Program-made: the position numbers and the translations under genes | Shown here: positions 39,650-52,800 of the stretch, piece after piece | How positions within the stretch are numbered: position 1 is the stretch's first letter | Layout: every line of letters begins with the position of its first letter | Notes under the pieces: model-generated | The model's database searches: none | What the model was told of the DNA's origin: nothing | What the model saw: the letters and a program-made list of their open reading frames with translations, nothing else | From: Rozella allomycis CSF55 | Taxonomy: Eukaryota | Assembly (NCBI GenBank): GCA_000442015.1 | Contig: KE561300.1 | Location: forward strand, 124,001 to 185,330 | Direction of reading: 5' to 3' | DNA: 61,330 nt

Positions 39650-39711
39650 ACTCATTTGTATTTACTGCTTATTGAAAGTGAATTTTGGAATTTCGCAGTC
39701 GCAATTAAAGT

Positions 39712-40843
39712 ATGGTTCATAGCGATATTTCTTATGACGAGTCCTTTATTGAGAAAATTGATTACAAATACATCGAGAATGATGCAACTGCTGATGAGTT
39801 AGATAAAATGGTTACCCTTCTCCGGTAAACTTAGCCGCGTGTTCATAAATAAATAGGTCAGGGAAAATAGGATTTTATCCAGACCTTCTAAAGCAAGCTG
39901 AAGCAAAGTTACTCATATTAAGACCCGAAAAATGGTTTGAAATTGTTAGGTAACAGCTAATTATAAAAAACAAGAGTCCAGAGAATAGAAATAGGATCGA
40001 CATGGAAGATCTAAAAGAAATTAATATGGATATTCTAGTAATTTGACATATTGTGTAATTACAGGATTGGGCTTCCAAAATTCCTTCGAGTCAATTTACT
40101 AAGAATTCGGTCCTTTCGAACCAATTAAGGATAAAAGGAAACGAGGCTTTGAAATCCAATGATTTAGATGAGGCCATTAATATGTACAGTGAGAGTCTCA
40201 AATTGAATGAATCTTTTGTAACCTTGAATAATCGATCTTTGGCTTATTACAAAAGGGAGATGTTCAAAGAGGCTGAAATGGATGCTGAAAGATCGCTGCG
40301 CATAGAAAACACCTCATTAAATTATAAGTGTTTTCTAAGAAGGGGCGCGGCGAGAATTAAATTGGGAAAGTAACCACACCTTATAGAATTGTTAGGTATT
40401 ATGAAGCTATAGAGGACTTTCTTCAACTTTTATCTATAGAATATCATGAAGAGTATTTAAAATATCTTGAGGAAGCAGAAGATAAGTACATTGACGCGGA
40501 AGGTGTTCGTGGAAAAGATCTACCAAATGGATGTACAGAAAAAAATATACAAAGACAAAAGAAACTAAAAAGTTTGTTTAATAGTAAGAAAAAAGCGAAA
40601 CCTCAAAAAATTCACATTATTGAAATCGACGATGAGACCGAAAAGGATACCGATAAACCCCTACTCAATGATTCTGCAAAGCAAAGTAATTTTCTGGATG
40701 TTGATCCTCGACTGAAATCAATGGAAAGTATGCTCATTATAAATAAAAATGCGGAAAGACATGAAGACCAAGATACATTTTCTTTGAAGACTGACAAATC
40801 CAATGTGACTTCCAACCCGAAAATAATTGAAATTATTCCTTAA
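39712..40843 (+). CDS. SPAG1: SPAG1-like TPR co-chaperone (dynein-arm assembly), 4 introns
   Basis: N-terminal IDYKYIE...LRSGKIGFYPDL block typical of SPAG1, then a TPR clamp KGNEAL...NNRSLAY...KCFLRRG. Confidence 0.75.
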
Positions 40844-41059
40844 TCTAAAAATAAAGCCAATTAATTTGAAAACTTGATATCTTTCTATATTTTATTCCGA
40901 GCACTTTGCTTTGTTATAGGTTTTTTACCAGGGCCCAGGGTAAAATCCAGACTATATAGCAACACAAACCTAAAACTATATGGGATCTGGAATATCACTG
41001 TTGTCATCTCTTATTTTTTATATTTTGTTGAGGGTTGTCATAAAGACAGGGGTGCTGGA

Positions 41060-43041
41060 ATGACGTCCAGATATAACTTAATTCTAAAGAAAAAGGACAA
41101 CGTATGAAAATTATACTCTTTAAATTTTAGCCTCGATGGTTAAACGAATTGTATAAACATCCTGAAACTGGGAATACACACTATGAAGGAATCGATCTTT
41201 TTGATGATCAAGACATTAATCCAAGCGACAAAATCATTAAAATTGGTGATATTGTGTACTTGTTAAATATTAACAATCAAAATTTTCCTTATATCGGTCT
41301 CGTAAAGGACTTGTATGAGACGAATGACAAATTGAAATGTGTGCAGACCCAATGGTTTTATCGGAGAATGGATATAGAAAATTTCAGTGACAGGGTGCTC
41401 GTGAATCCCTTAAATGGAAATGTTATAACCAATGAAAAGTTCGTCACAGATGACAATGAGATATTTTTGAGCGAGCATTGCGACATTAATTATGTCGGTT
41501 CAATAACGAGGAAATGCTATGTATATCAAGATAATGTTGAAGCATTACAAGCTTCACTTCGGCAGGGCGCATACAATTCAAACGAAAGCATAGAAAAGTT
41601 TTCCGGGATGCTAGAAAATGATCAATATATTAAATCTAATCTCGTAAATCCTTTTCCATTTCATATTTGTAACTTGAAATACAATGTTGGTGCAAAAGCG
41701 AGTCCCCCGGAATTCTCCATTTTGGACGAAATAAATAAGATAGATTTTGTGTCCCAATTAAAAAATATAGAAGAAAACCATGATAATATTGAAAAGGAGA
41801 ACATTAATGAGATTTTCATGCCCATTAACAAGGAGGGGGACGATGCTACCGAATCGATGAAAAATAGCACTGATATAATTGACAAAGAAATAAATCACAA
41901 TCCAACAGAATTTCAAAATGATTTCAAAAAGAAGAGAAAGAAAGTAAAGGATTCTGAAGACGAAGAATATGTACACAATTTACAAGGTACTCTTTTTGGC
42001 ATTCCTATGAAAGTAGAATTTGAAAGCGATTATGAAGAGACATTAAATAATGCTTTAAACACAAAAAGAAGATCAGTTTCTGAGAAAAGGCTAATACTGA
42101 CATCACAAGAGCAACCAAAACAAAGCGAATCAATAGAAAAATACTTAGAAGAGCTTTATAAGATCAAGACGATGCTTTTTGAGCTTTATGACAAAGTCGC
42201 TACCAAGGAACTTAATGCGCCACTGTTGAAAACCAACCACATCCAAATCGACGATAAATTTTCCAGGTAAATCATTTGCCGATTTTAAACGAGAAACAAT
42301 ATTTATCACAGCAATCAAATGATGGATGTTCAAAGTTTTGTTCAAGTTCCAAGTCGCGATGCCCAAAATCATTCTGCGCGCATGGCGACAAATTCTGTTC
42401 TCAGAGATCATGTGTTTGACAAATTAAAGAGAATGGAGTTCAAAAATCATAACGAATGTTTAGATGACATTTTATTAGACAAGATTCAGAAAATCAAGGC
42501 AAGAGCACCAATCGCTCCAATTTCCGTGGGTCAAAATAACTACTCGTTCAATAGCTGCCATTCTGGTTATAATATGACCTCAAACATTCCTTCTACTTCT
42601 TTTTTTCAATCTTATGGTCCAAATAACCAGTATAGCTATTCTGGACTACCCAGACCGTTTTCCATGCCTAATGCGGCTTCCGATGTTGAAAACAATATTC
42701 TTCCTAGCAATCAATACACACAACCTAGATTTTCTAACAATATGATACCTCCAATTACCCATAATCATAATAATGCTCTTAGACCGTCACAATTTGGAAT
42801 ATCTAGTAAACAATTTTAGTAATTTTCAATAGCACCAACAGCCACAATCGCCGATAAATTGAATATTTTGAGTAAATTAACTGCAAAGCGCCTTTTGTCC
42901 GACGATTTAAAGAGAAAGTGCAAACAACTTTTGTTCAACACATCTGATCCCCAACACCCTTGGCTAGATGGAGTTCTTTCATTGTGCGTAGAAACAAACG
43001 ATTTTCAGGAATGCGCGGAATCTCTGCAAATGATTCAGTAG
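41060..43041 (+). CDS. BAH-domain chromatin protein, 3 introns
   Basis: IKIGDIVYL, PYIGLVKDLY, QWFYR, NEIFLSEHCD, SITRKCYV. Confidence 0.8.
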
Positions 43042-43104
43042 TTTTGTTAATAAATATACTTATTCAATAATTACCTACCTATTTTAGAAGTAAGACCCCT
43101 GCGA

Positions 43105-44313
43105 ATGCGCATTACTAGAGCTCTATTTCTAGACTTGACAAAACCTAGGAATGGAATTGAATTTAATTGCCATTATGACTTCAATAGGGTGGATCACAGG
43201 TTAAGAAAGCATTGGGCTACACAGTTAGAGAAAATGCACAAAGCATCAATTACACAAGTAGAAAAACATTTTTGCGAAGAGCAATATAAAAAATATGCTA
43301 ATCCGGATGAAATGATTAAGAAAATAGGGCCTTCAGCAACACCAAAGGTGAAACAATGGTTTAAGAATAACATTAATAAAGTGCTTGTAGACCATTCCCC
43401 TACATCATTTGAATCGTGGAGAGATTGGATGAAAGAGATGAAAAACGCTGATGACATCAAATTACTTAAAGATTTTATGTTGAATAATAGGTTTGGTGCA
43501 TGTCAATCTTACGATCCGTTTAAATCCTACTCAATTATTAAAACATGTATTGATTCTGCAGAAATTGAGCATTTAATGGATATTCTAATCTCAAGACACA
43601 TTTATTCTCTCAATCCAAATGAAGAAGGGTTTTTTCTGATACTTAACTTTTGTTATCAAGAATGTCTAAATTCCCTCAATGAAGTCAATGATGATGTATT
43701 TTTAAAGAAATTTTATTCACTTTTACAATTGTTGCCTTTATATAATGATTATTTAGGCAATGTCCCTCCAATAGCTTATAGCGCAATTCTAAGTGTAATT
43801 TCCAGACAGAAATTGCCCCAATTACATGAGCTGGGAGTGAATATTGTTGACCACCTTATTGAAGTTGACTATGCCAATGCCGAGCATGTTTTGCTTGGGA
43901 TAAAATCCTGCATAGTTTCATCTAATACTGAGAAAATTTCTAGTTGGATATTACATGCGAAAAACTTAGTTAAAGAAGAAAAATGCGTTGATTTTAACTT
44001 TTTTCGTTTAATGGAAAAGATGCACCAGAATAATCACAGAGATTTTGCCCTTAATTTATTAAAGGATGATAAAATTTACGTGGCAGGGGATAAGGCTTTT
44101 GGTGACATCTTAAAAAATAGGGAATTCGAATTGTCCAATGAAATTACCGCCTTATTAAATTATAACTTGCCTGAATATCTGGAAAGCAAAAGACTCGAGT
44201 ATTCATCAACTGTTACTCCTAAAATGCATGAGGAAGCTTTGCAATATGAATTAGAAACATGTAGAATACTAGAGCAAGAAGAAAATGAAATCGATAAAGA
44301 TTCTGATAAATAA
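43105..44313 (+). CDS. Hypothetical helical-repeat protein, possibly mitochondrial
   Basis: Intronless 402-aa ORF; Arg-rich N-terminus MRITRALF; ACCCCTG motif upstream. Confidence 0.65.
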   Translation: MRITRALFLDLTKPRNGIEFNCHYDFNRVDHRLRKHWATQLEKMHKASITQVEKHFCEEQYKKYANPDEMIKKIGPSATPKVKQWFKNNINKVLVDHSPTSFESWRDWMKEMKNADDIKLLKDFMLNNRFGACQSYDPFKSYSIIKTCIDSAEIEHLMDILISRHIYSLNPNEEGFFLILNFCYQECLNSLNEVNDDVFLKKFYSLLQLLPLYNDYLGNVPPIAYSAILSVISRQKLPQLHELGVNIVDHLIEVDYANAEHVLLGIKSCIVSSNTEKISSWILHAKNLVKEEKCVDFNFFRLMEKMHQNNHRDFALNLLKDDKIYVAGDKAFGDILKNREFELSNEITALLNYNLPEYLESKRLEYSSTVTPKMHEEALQYELETCRILEQEENEIDKDSDK

Positions 44314-44388
44314 ATTATTTAATTGTTATACTCGCTATTTTTGACCTTTTTGATTTCATTAAATGGGATTTGGAAATTTCAAAGCTCG

Positions 44389-45844
44389 ATGTCTACTGTG
44401 ATACCGTCCCAAGAAGCAGATAATGGCATATCAGTGACACCGGATGATGTTCTATTAAAATCAAATGTCGATTTAAAAGATAAGTAACCATTTACTTATG
44501 ATATGACAGGAACAAGGCAGAACTGAATTCAAAGACCCAGCCGTACATGATTATTATAGACGACTGTGTTCTTCAAAGTCTTATACGGTTAGGTTTATCA
44601 GATAAGTATATTCCTTCAGTCGGAATTTTGGGAGGAAAGTTTTATCTAGAGAAACAGATTTTTCACATTACTGCCGCATTTTTAGGCCAAAAGTATAAAA
44701 TTATAATAGGTCTTTTATAGGAAAGTCAGGGAAGTTTTGAAAAAGGACATTCAGCAAATTACAAATCTCGAAGAAATTAGATTGGCTGCAAAGAAATTTG
44801 GATTAGAATTAGTCGGATACTTTCACGCGTAAGCTAACTACTCATTTTGAGCATAAATAGCGATAACTACAATAATGAATCCAATTTTAATGTTAGTTCA
44901 CTTTTTACCACAGAGCTGCTACCTTCAATTTTTCTTAAGGTCACCTTGGATTTTGATATCCATCAAGCTGACAAGGAATTACTATTTTCTTTATCAGCTA
45001 TTTTAAACCATGGAAAGGTAGATCATAAATCTAACAAGTTTGCCTTCAAATTAAGATCGACAGGTTATAAGACCTTGGATTTCCTGAGGATCGAGTATTT
45101 TAATTTTAAAGTAAATTTTGTTAAATATTTTGTTTAGGTTCATGAAAATGAAATGTTTGACTACTTCAATGTTTCTCTGGAAACTTCTTCAAACCAAATA
45201 GACAAATTTTGGATTAAAAAATCAATAGAAAATAAAAAGATTGAATTTTTGAAAGAAAAATCAAGATCGGTAACCTTTAAATACAAGAAAAATTATAGTC
45301 GATAATGATGATTCGAAATGAAATTTCACGACTTAGAAGACTTAAAATGAATGTTCAAGAATCCATATCTACAAAGTTGCATGATCTTAAAAACAGTTTG
45401 TACGATATTTCTGATTATGAATTCTCATTATCGCTGGGTCAATTAATACGATCCTCAACTGAAAAGCAAAAGTTTCATGACGCTGCCAATCGTAACTATG
45501 AGGTGATGGCTCTACTTGACTCAAATTTCATTGAAAAAGGGATGAATAACAAGAAGCAGAAGATTTCAAAAACTTTTAAATCGAAAGATCCACACCCATA
45601 CACCCCAACATCTTATGTCCCTCCTTTTTCTCGATCTTTTGCGTCCATGCCACTTCTTCATCACGCGCCATTGTTTCATGCCCCACCATTGTTTGGATTC
45701 GGTGATTTCTCAAACACTAACAATTCAATGATTTCAACAAGCTCGATGCTATTTCCTAACTCGGCCAAATTTACTTTCAAAGATATCCCAGGATCGATGA
45801 ATGTACAAGATTCGGCCTCTTTTTTAAATGCGAAGACGGCGTAA
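44389..45844 (+). CDS. MPN/JAB-fold protein with coiled coil (BRCC36/Abraxas-like, JAMM motif degenerate), 5 introns
   Basis: IIIDDCVLQ...SVGILGG...FHIT...LELVGYFHA; 26-32 nt introns give one open frame. Confidence 0.55.
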
Positions 45845-45878
45845 GATCAAATTTAATAAACAGATTAAATTAAACGAT

Positions 45879-46406
45879 TTATTCTGATTTAGAAGTCTTG
45901 ACACTTTTCCATTTCCATTTGGTAGCACACGTGAATATAAGCGTCCCAATTGTATGCCCCATGGAAGCCCCTATTAATGCTGGTATAGGCCAAACTTGCC
46001 AATCCCTTTCCCAATCTAATGGTACCACAATAGCACTTGACCACGCACCTAATATAGCTCCATAGATTCTATAATCATTTTCAGTTTTTAGAATATTAAA
46101 TTCACGTGGCCAAATAGAAATAGTATCAATCAGCGAATACGTTCTCTGTGACATGAAAAGGCAAAACATTAAAGTCCTGAGAGTAGGGAGTGATTTAATT
46201 GGCAACCCGAACAGAAAAGCTATAATGATCCAATACACTGCTGCTAATAGCTGTTGTTTTATAAATCTTTTGTTTTTCTTCTTCGCTTCATCAAAAAATA
46301 TGAATGTTTGAAAGATTGCAACGTAAATTGATAAACGATGGATATTGTAAGGATAAATGCAGAATATAATAGCCAAGACGTCGATGAACAGATTTAGGAA
46401 ATTCAT
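45879..46406 (-). CDS. GPI11: GPI biosynthesis protein PIG-F/Gpi11
   Basis: LFGLP and GAILGAWSSAIVVPLDWERDWQVWPIP. Confidence 0.9.
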   Translation of the reverse strand: MNFLNLFIDVLAIIFCIYPYNIHRLSIYVAIFQTFIFFDEAKKKNKRFIKQQLLAAVYWIIIAFLFGLPIKSLPTLRTLMFCLFMSQRTYSLIDTISIWPREFNILKTENDYRIYGAILGAWSSAIVVPLDWERDWQVWPIPALIGASMGHTIGTLIFTCATKWKWKSVKTSKSE

Positions 46407-47524
46407 GACCAAAATTGTAGTTCAGGTTAATAACACGAAGAATTCTCCGATGATTATGAAAGAGTTTAACTTACCAAGTTTTCTTGAACGCGTATTCTCG
46501 TATATATTTATTGTAACATTAAACATTTGATTCTGACAGAGTAGAAAAAGAGGCCGCCATAAGCCAAAAAATATTTTTGATAGACTGATTAGCAAAGTAC
46601 AGTCTCTTTTGTGTAATGATAGACTATTGGCTCTTGGACACCAAAGGTGTTTACAGTAATGTTCTTCTTGTGCGTATCGTATTCCCTTCATTCCACTTGT
46701 CTAGAAGAAAAATACATCAACGATGAAGAGGAGAAAGTATGTAAAATATTAATGCCTGTTTTTCACGCTGCCTTCCAAGGTTTCACAAGCCTTTACCATG
46801 AAATACTTAAAATTGTTCTAAGCTTTCACATCAATGATGTACAGATACAGAAATATGTGCCACTGAAATTTATTGGTGATGCATTGAATGTTATGAACAT
46901 TNTCTTCACTTCATCAAAAAATATGAATGTTTGAAAGATTGCAACGTAAATTGATAAACGATGGATATTGTAAGGATAAATGCAGAATATAATAGCCAAG
47001 ACGTCAATGAACAGATTTTGGAAATTCATGACCAAAATTGTAGTTCAGGTTAATAACACGAAGAATTCTCCGATGATTATGAAAGAGTTTAACTTACCAA
47101 GTTTTCTTGAACGCGTATTCTCGTATATATTTATTGTAACATTAAACTTTTGATTCTGACAGAGTAGAAAAAGAGGCCGCCATAAGCCAAAAAATATTTT
47201 TGATAGACTGATTAGCAAAGTACAGTCTCTTTTGTGTAATGATAGACTATTGGCTCTTGGACACCAAAGGTGTTTACAGTAATGTTCTTCTTGTGCGTAT
47301 CGTATTCCCTTCATTCCATTTGCCTAGAAGAAAAATACATCAACGATGAAGAAGAGAAAGTATGTAACATATTAATGCCTGTTTTTCACGCTGCCTTCCA
47401 AGGTTTCACAAGCCTTTACCATGAAATACTTAAAATTGTTCTAAGCTTTCACATCAATGATGTACAGATACAGAAATATGTGCCACTGAAATTTATTGGT
47501 GATGCATTGAATGTTATGAACATT
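46280..47524. repeat. About 620-bp near-identical duplication across n46902 (probable haplotype/assembly overlap)
   Basis: 46280-46901 matches 46903-47524 with only scattered substitutions. Confidence 0.9.
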
Positions 47525-47623
47525 TTTTGGAACGTGTCATTTCCTTTACTACATTCAGTCATTAAACATTTCACAAGATTGACACTGGCACATCTATCGT
47601 CATATTTGAAACTGATAACCTAA
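47073..47623 (+). CDS. Hypothetical membrane protein, 2 introns (partial duplicate from 46450)
   Basis: ATG 47073; 27- and 26-nt introns join to the 47270-47623 ORF, which has hydrophobic segments. Confidence 0.55.
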
Positions 47624-47669
47624 AAGAAACAGAATTTCTTTCTTGAGAATATAGAAGCCGAATAAATGT

Positions 47670-48708
47670 TTATTTTTGTAAGTGGTGCAAATGTATTGAA
47701 AATAGTTTCTATATCTTTGATTGAATACCCTTACGATCATCGATCGGTCATATTTTCTAGTGATGTACTTTGGAACGACCGTGATGTCAATATCATGAAT
47801 AGTTAGCTTAAAGAATCTGTCGGAAAAACAAAATGGCTCGCATATTCTTGATTTGAAAAACTCAAAAAATTCGTTTTGAGGTTTTAATGATTTTTTTGTT
47901 AATATGACTCTACAATTTACTCATTCGCATCTTAATACCTGTCTTCCTGAACTATCCATACACTTGTTTTTAAGTTTGCCAAAAATCTTCGCGACAAGGT
48001 AAACTGGAGCACGAAGATAAAAGCTTCTGTCAAATAATCATCATATACAACTGATCTTAAATTTCTACATGTGAATACTATCAGATGCTACAATAGCTGT
48101 ATAATTAGAGTGAAGAATATATCGCAAATCATCTTCGGATATGTCATCCATCGACCCGGCACCTGTTAATGAGTTGCTTAAAAATGATTGAACCCAATCT
48201 AAACATTTCGCGACTACATTTTTGTATGCACTGAGATTCGACTTGCAGTTTTCGATGACTTCTCTAGTGTCCAAACCAAAAATACGAATATTTTTACCAG
48301 TAACATAAACTACGCCTCTACAGAGAATTCCGCACACTGCCCCACATAAACCGACTCCACTTCCTAATTCTAGAATACATTCAGCTTGCTTTATTTCATT
48401 ACGATTATGTACAAGCCATTCCATTAGCATTAGACTAGACTTCCAAGGCTGTGCCTAAAAATACAAACGTTTACCATAAAACCAACTTCATTGAGGTTAG
48501 TTTTTACTTTTAGATCACTATTAAATTGAATTTCATGATGTTCATCATAAACATAATCCCCATCTGCATCAATAAAGGGAGTTTCCAGAGGGATCCTTAT
48601 ACCGATGTTTAATGTTGATTCATCCTCATAAATATTTAACAATTCATTGTTTATATACTCTACATTATCTTATGAACACTATTAAGATTATATACTTTGT
48701 GTGGTCAT
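47670..48708 (-). CDS. Seven-beta-strand lysine methyltransferase, METTL22-like, about 6 introns
   Basis: DADGD, EVGFMPWKSSLML, ILELGSGVGLCG, CLDW, IVASDIVYDDYLTEAF. Confidence 0.8.
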
Positions 48709-48901
48709 ATGTGATCAATCTTCTTTCGAATTTTTCCATGTTGGTATCGTAAATTCGTAATAATCATTGAAGTTTTTAAGGATTAATGATTTTATAGGAG
48801 TAAATACTAAATTTATAGCCTAGAACTTTAAAAGTATTATCAATAATGTTAACAAAATATTGAATAATAACCTCTGTGGCTTGACTCCAAAATTCTTAAC
48901 C

Positions 48902-49698
48902 ATGAGTGACACCAGTGAAAGTGAAGATACTTATTATTCATCTTCAGATAATGAAAGCGGAGAAGTATTTATATTTATTGCCCTATATTTTAGAGCCAAA
49001 ATGATACAGGTACACTTTCGGCACTAACTTTTGGCGAACTAGCTGGTCTTAAAGAAAATTTAGGCGACAAAGCATTTAGGCATGCGATAAATGAATCTAA
49101 AGAAATAAAAAGAAAGAGAAAATCCAAGAACGCACCTCAAGAGATTTCATGCAAAAGACCGGTTTCAGTGATCAGAAACGACCAATCAAAAAAGATGAAA
49201 TCATACGATCCTAGATTTAATAGGTCTCATGGTTCATATAATGAAGATTTATTTAAAAAATCATACGGTTTTGTGAATGATTTGCGACGACAGGAAATGA
49301 AGAAATTGGAAGACCAAGTTAAGAAAGAAAAAGATCCGATGGTTAAAGAGAAAGCTAAAGAATTACTATTATCTTTGGTAAATATATCATGAGCAAAAGA
49401 TGTAGAAAAACAAAGAGATAAATGAAAAAATAAAGGAATCAAAGAAAGATGTTTTGAAACAACACAGAAAGAAGGAAATTGAGCTTGTAAAGCATGGAAA
49501 GAAACCTTTTTATCTGAAGAAATGTAATGAATATAGTTTTATGCTAATATAGCGGACCAAAAGAAGTTGCTGATGGCAGAGAAATTCAAGGCCATTAAGG
49601 AAAAGGGCGGTGATGCAGCAATTGATAAATATATTGAAAAGAAAAGGAAGAAAAATGCTTCAAAGAAGAGGAAAGAGTTACCCATGCTTTCTTTGTAA
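48902..49698 (+). CDS. RRP36: rRNA biogenesis protein Rrp36, 3 introns
   Basis: KNAPQEISCKRPVS, DPRF, FKKSYGF, GKKPFYLKKSDQKK, IEKKRKKNASK. Confidence 0.92.
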
Positions 49699-49899
49699 TA
49701 AAAAATCGTTCGCGGTTCAGTAGTAGTTAAAGTTAATTTATATGCATCGACATAAAAATTAGCGTCATGAATATCAAGTTTACTATTATCGGACTGGGAG
49801 GTACGACCCGGACTCCAGACACGATTTGTGGAATGGTTTATGTGGGTGTGTGTATGTATGTCCTTGCAAATTCAGTTTTTCATCGTAAGGCCACAAAGN

Positions 49900-52800
49900 C
49901 AATCTATTTCCATGTACTGACGTAGTTAATTCCGTCCCATCCAATTTAGCCAGCGTGTAACTTCCGTTCCCATGGTGTCGAACAATCATGTAGGGCCCTC
50001 TATAGCGATTCTTGAATTTTCTTCCAACATTGATGGCTCAAAACATTCTTCAAAAATCAAAACCAAATCTCCCTCAATAAATGGATTTTTTCTTATATTC
50101 TTTTTATCATTGTACCATCTCATATTCTTTATTCTCGACTCAACAATATTCTCCTTTGCTATTTCTAAATCTTCTGGCAACTTTGCCAATTGCTTTATTC
50201 TCAATTCCAACAATTCTTCTCTAAAACCGCCACTCTAGCGCATACCACGACAAGATATCCATCTCGGCAGGTAAAATACAATTTCGACCGAACATTAGAG
50301 TAAAAGGAGCATATCCAGTAGACTTCTTTATGGTCACATTATTGGCCCAAAATGCCGAATGGAGATATTCCGGCCACAAACCTTTCTTCTCTTCCCCAAG
50401 CCATCTGCTTAATGCCTTCACAAGAGGCTGATGCCCTCTCTCAACCACTCCGTTCGCCTGTGGGTGATACGCGGTCGTAAATACAGTAGGAATTCCGTAA
50501 TTTTCCAGAAACAAATTTATCTCTTCTTCATTCATCTCTCCATTGTCTGCAACAAATCTTCCCACACAACCATATCTCGCAATGTATACTTTTAGGAACT
50601 TAGCCACTCCAGAACTTTTCTTCGATTTTTAAGCTTTTCCATCAACAAAACCAGTAAGAGCATCCCTAGCGTTTACGAAATAGTTCTCCCCATTCTTGCC
50701 GTTCGGCATCTTTACTAAATCAACGTGAACAATATGTAAAACTCCGGTATTAAATAAATTATGGTTCAATGGTTCTTCGACTGACAACAACTGGCATTCA
50801 ATACAGCTCTTTATATAATTCGCGACATCAATATACATGTTTTCCCAATAATAATTCAAAGTTAACTCTTGTATGTTCCGTCTCTTTCCCTATGTCCTCC
50901 TGTTACTCCTTCATGGAATTCGGCCAGTTATCTCATTTTTAAGTCTTCATCCAGAATCACTCTACTCGGCGGCAAATTAAAAGACGCCGATCTTTTCCAC
51001 AACAAACCATTACTAATAAATAAATCTTGACTCATCATTTTTATTTTTTCAAACTCTTTGTCCGAAAGATGTTCCGGTTTAGATAATGTCATTAAATACT
51101 CGCACAAACTTTACCATATTCCAGTATAATTCGTAAGGTCCAATGTAACATGTCTAACAAATATATCTAAATTCGCAATCCTTTTCTCTTTTAATAGCAT
51201 TGTCATTGCGTCTGCTTCCTTATCAATATCTTCTTTCTCAACACAAGCATAGCGTCTCCGGCTTAACCCATCGGCTTTATTCTTGGCTGTGTCGACATAT
51301 CGTGCTGCAAAATTAAAGGATCGAATAAACGCAATCCACCTAGCACCGTTGGATCAGGAAACTCCTCAGCATTAAACCAGTATAAAAGTGCTCTGTTATC
51401 TACCTCTAACCTAAACTTAGTTCCAAATATATAGGGCCTAAATTTCTTTAAATTATGAACAACGGCGAGACATTCTTTCTTCACAATAGAATAATTCCTT
51501 TCGGTGGCATTGAACAACTTACCTTCAAATTTGCATGGGTGCCTCTTTCCATCTGGTTTTACCTGTTCCAAAATGCCTCCCAATCCGTCCTTGCTAGCGT
51601 CATAGGTGGTCGATTCTCAACATCATTATAGTCTAGCTCTTGAACGATCGGGTCAGAAGCCACAACTTTCTTCAAATATTCGAAAGCTCTCTCGTGCTTC
51701 TCCAACCAAATAAATTCAACATCATTCTTCAATAAATTCAGCAAGGGTGCAGCAAGCGCAGAAAATGAATAAATCAAACTTTTATAATGCTTGACAGTTC
51801 CTCAAAACGAATGTACATCCTTCGTCGATTCAGGTCTGGGCCATTCCAATATTTTCTCCCTGTTTCTTGTACATATCCTTCTGCCTTCGGCATTACACAA
51901 ATAGCTAAAAACCTCAATTTCGGGAACACAAAAAGAACATTTCATCCCACTAACGGTCAGCTTAGAACGCAAAATCCTCTCAAATATTTTCTCCAAGTCT
52001 TCCAAGTGTGAACGAATAAATTTTCGTATTCCATTTTCAACTTCATCGTTATTCGTCGTTACTCTCTCTCCTTTCACAGCAATATCATCTATATATCGCA
52101 TGTTTCCGGAATTAAATCTCGCAGCACTGTTGTGTTCACTCTCTGCGCGACAGCTACTGAGTTCGTCCAACCTTGAGGCAAGCAAGTAACACGAACAAAT
52201 CCAACCGGGGTATTCATGGCGGTCAGATCGCGATCTTTAACGTCGATAGGAATTCGATCAAAAAAACTATAAAAGTCCAACATCGAGTACACTCTTCCCC
52301 CGGCGAATCTTTCACTCATCTTGTCACAATTCGGAATATGTGCACAGTCTCGTATAGTCACTATATTCAGCGGAATAACACGCTGGATCATTCTCAACGA
52401 CCCGTTACGCTTTCGTAGAACAAACCAACGGTTTGCATACGCACTTTCACAATATTCCAGAAATCCGGCGTCCAATTTCTTCCTCAACAACGCGATCACG
52501 TCTGCCAGCTCTTTTGCAACATATTTCGGGCAAGGTCGTTTCCAGGGCGTATGTTCGACAACATGAATTCTCACAGGCTTGAAAATTTCGGATGAAAGTT
52601 TTCCTTTTAAGTTATCATCAAACGTAAAAATACTCTCGTACTTCTTCAATAAAATTCGTAATGCTTCTCGTTCTTTTTCGTTTAGCAACGTCGAACTTGT
52701 TAACATATCCAGCTGTTCGTCTGTTAATTTTCTCATACTCTCTCGTCTCTCAGCAGCCATTTCTTCCACTTGATCTAACTTCACAGCGACGTCTTCAGGG

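Noticed and set aside
46280-47524. Real tandem duplication of the GPI11 5' end and its neighbour
   Set aside because: Near-identical copies meet exactly at an n join, which is typical of uncollapsed haplotype overlap
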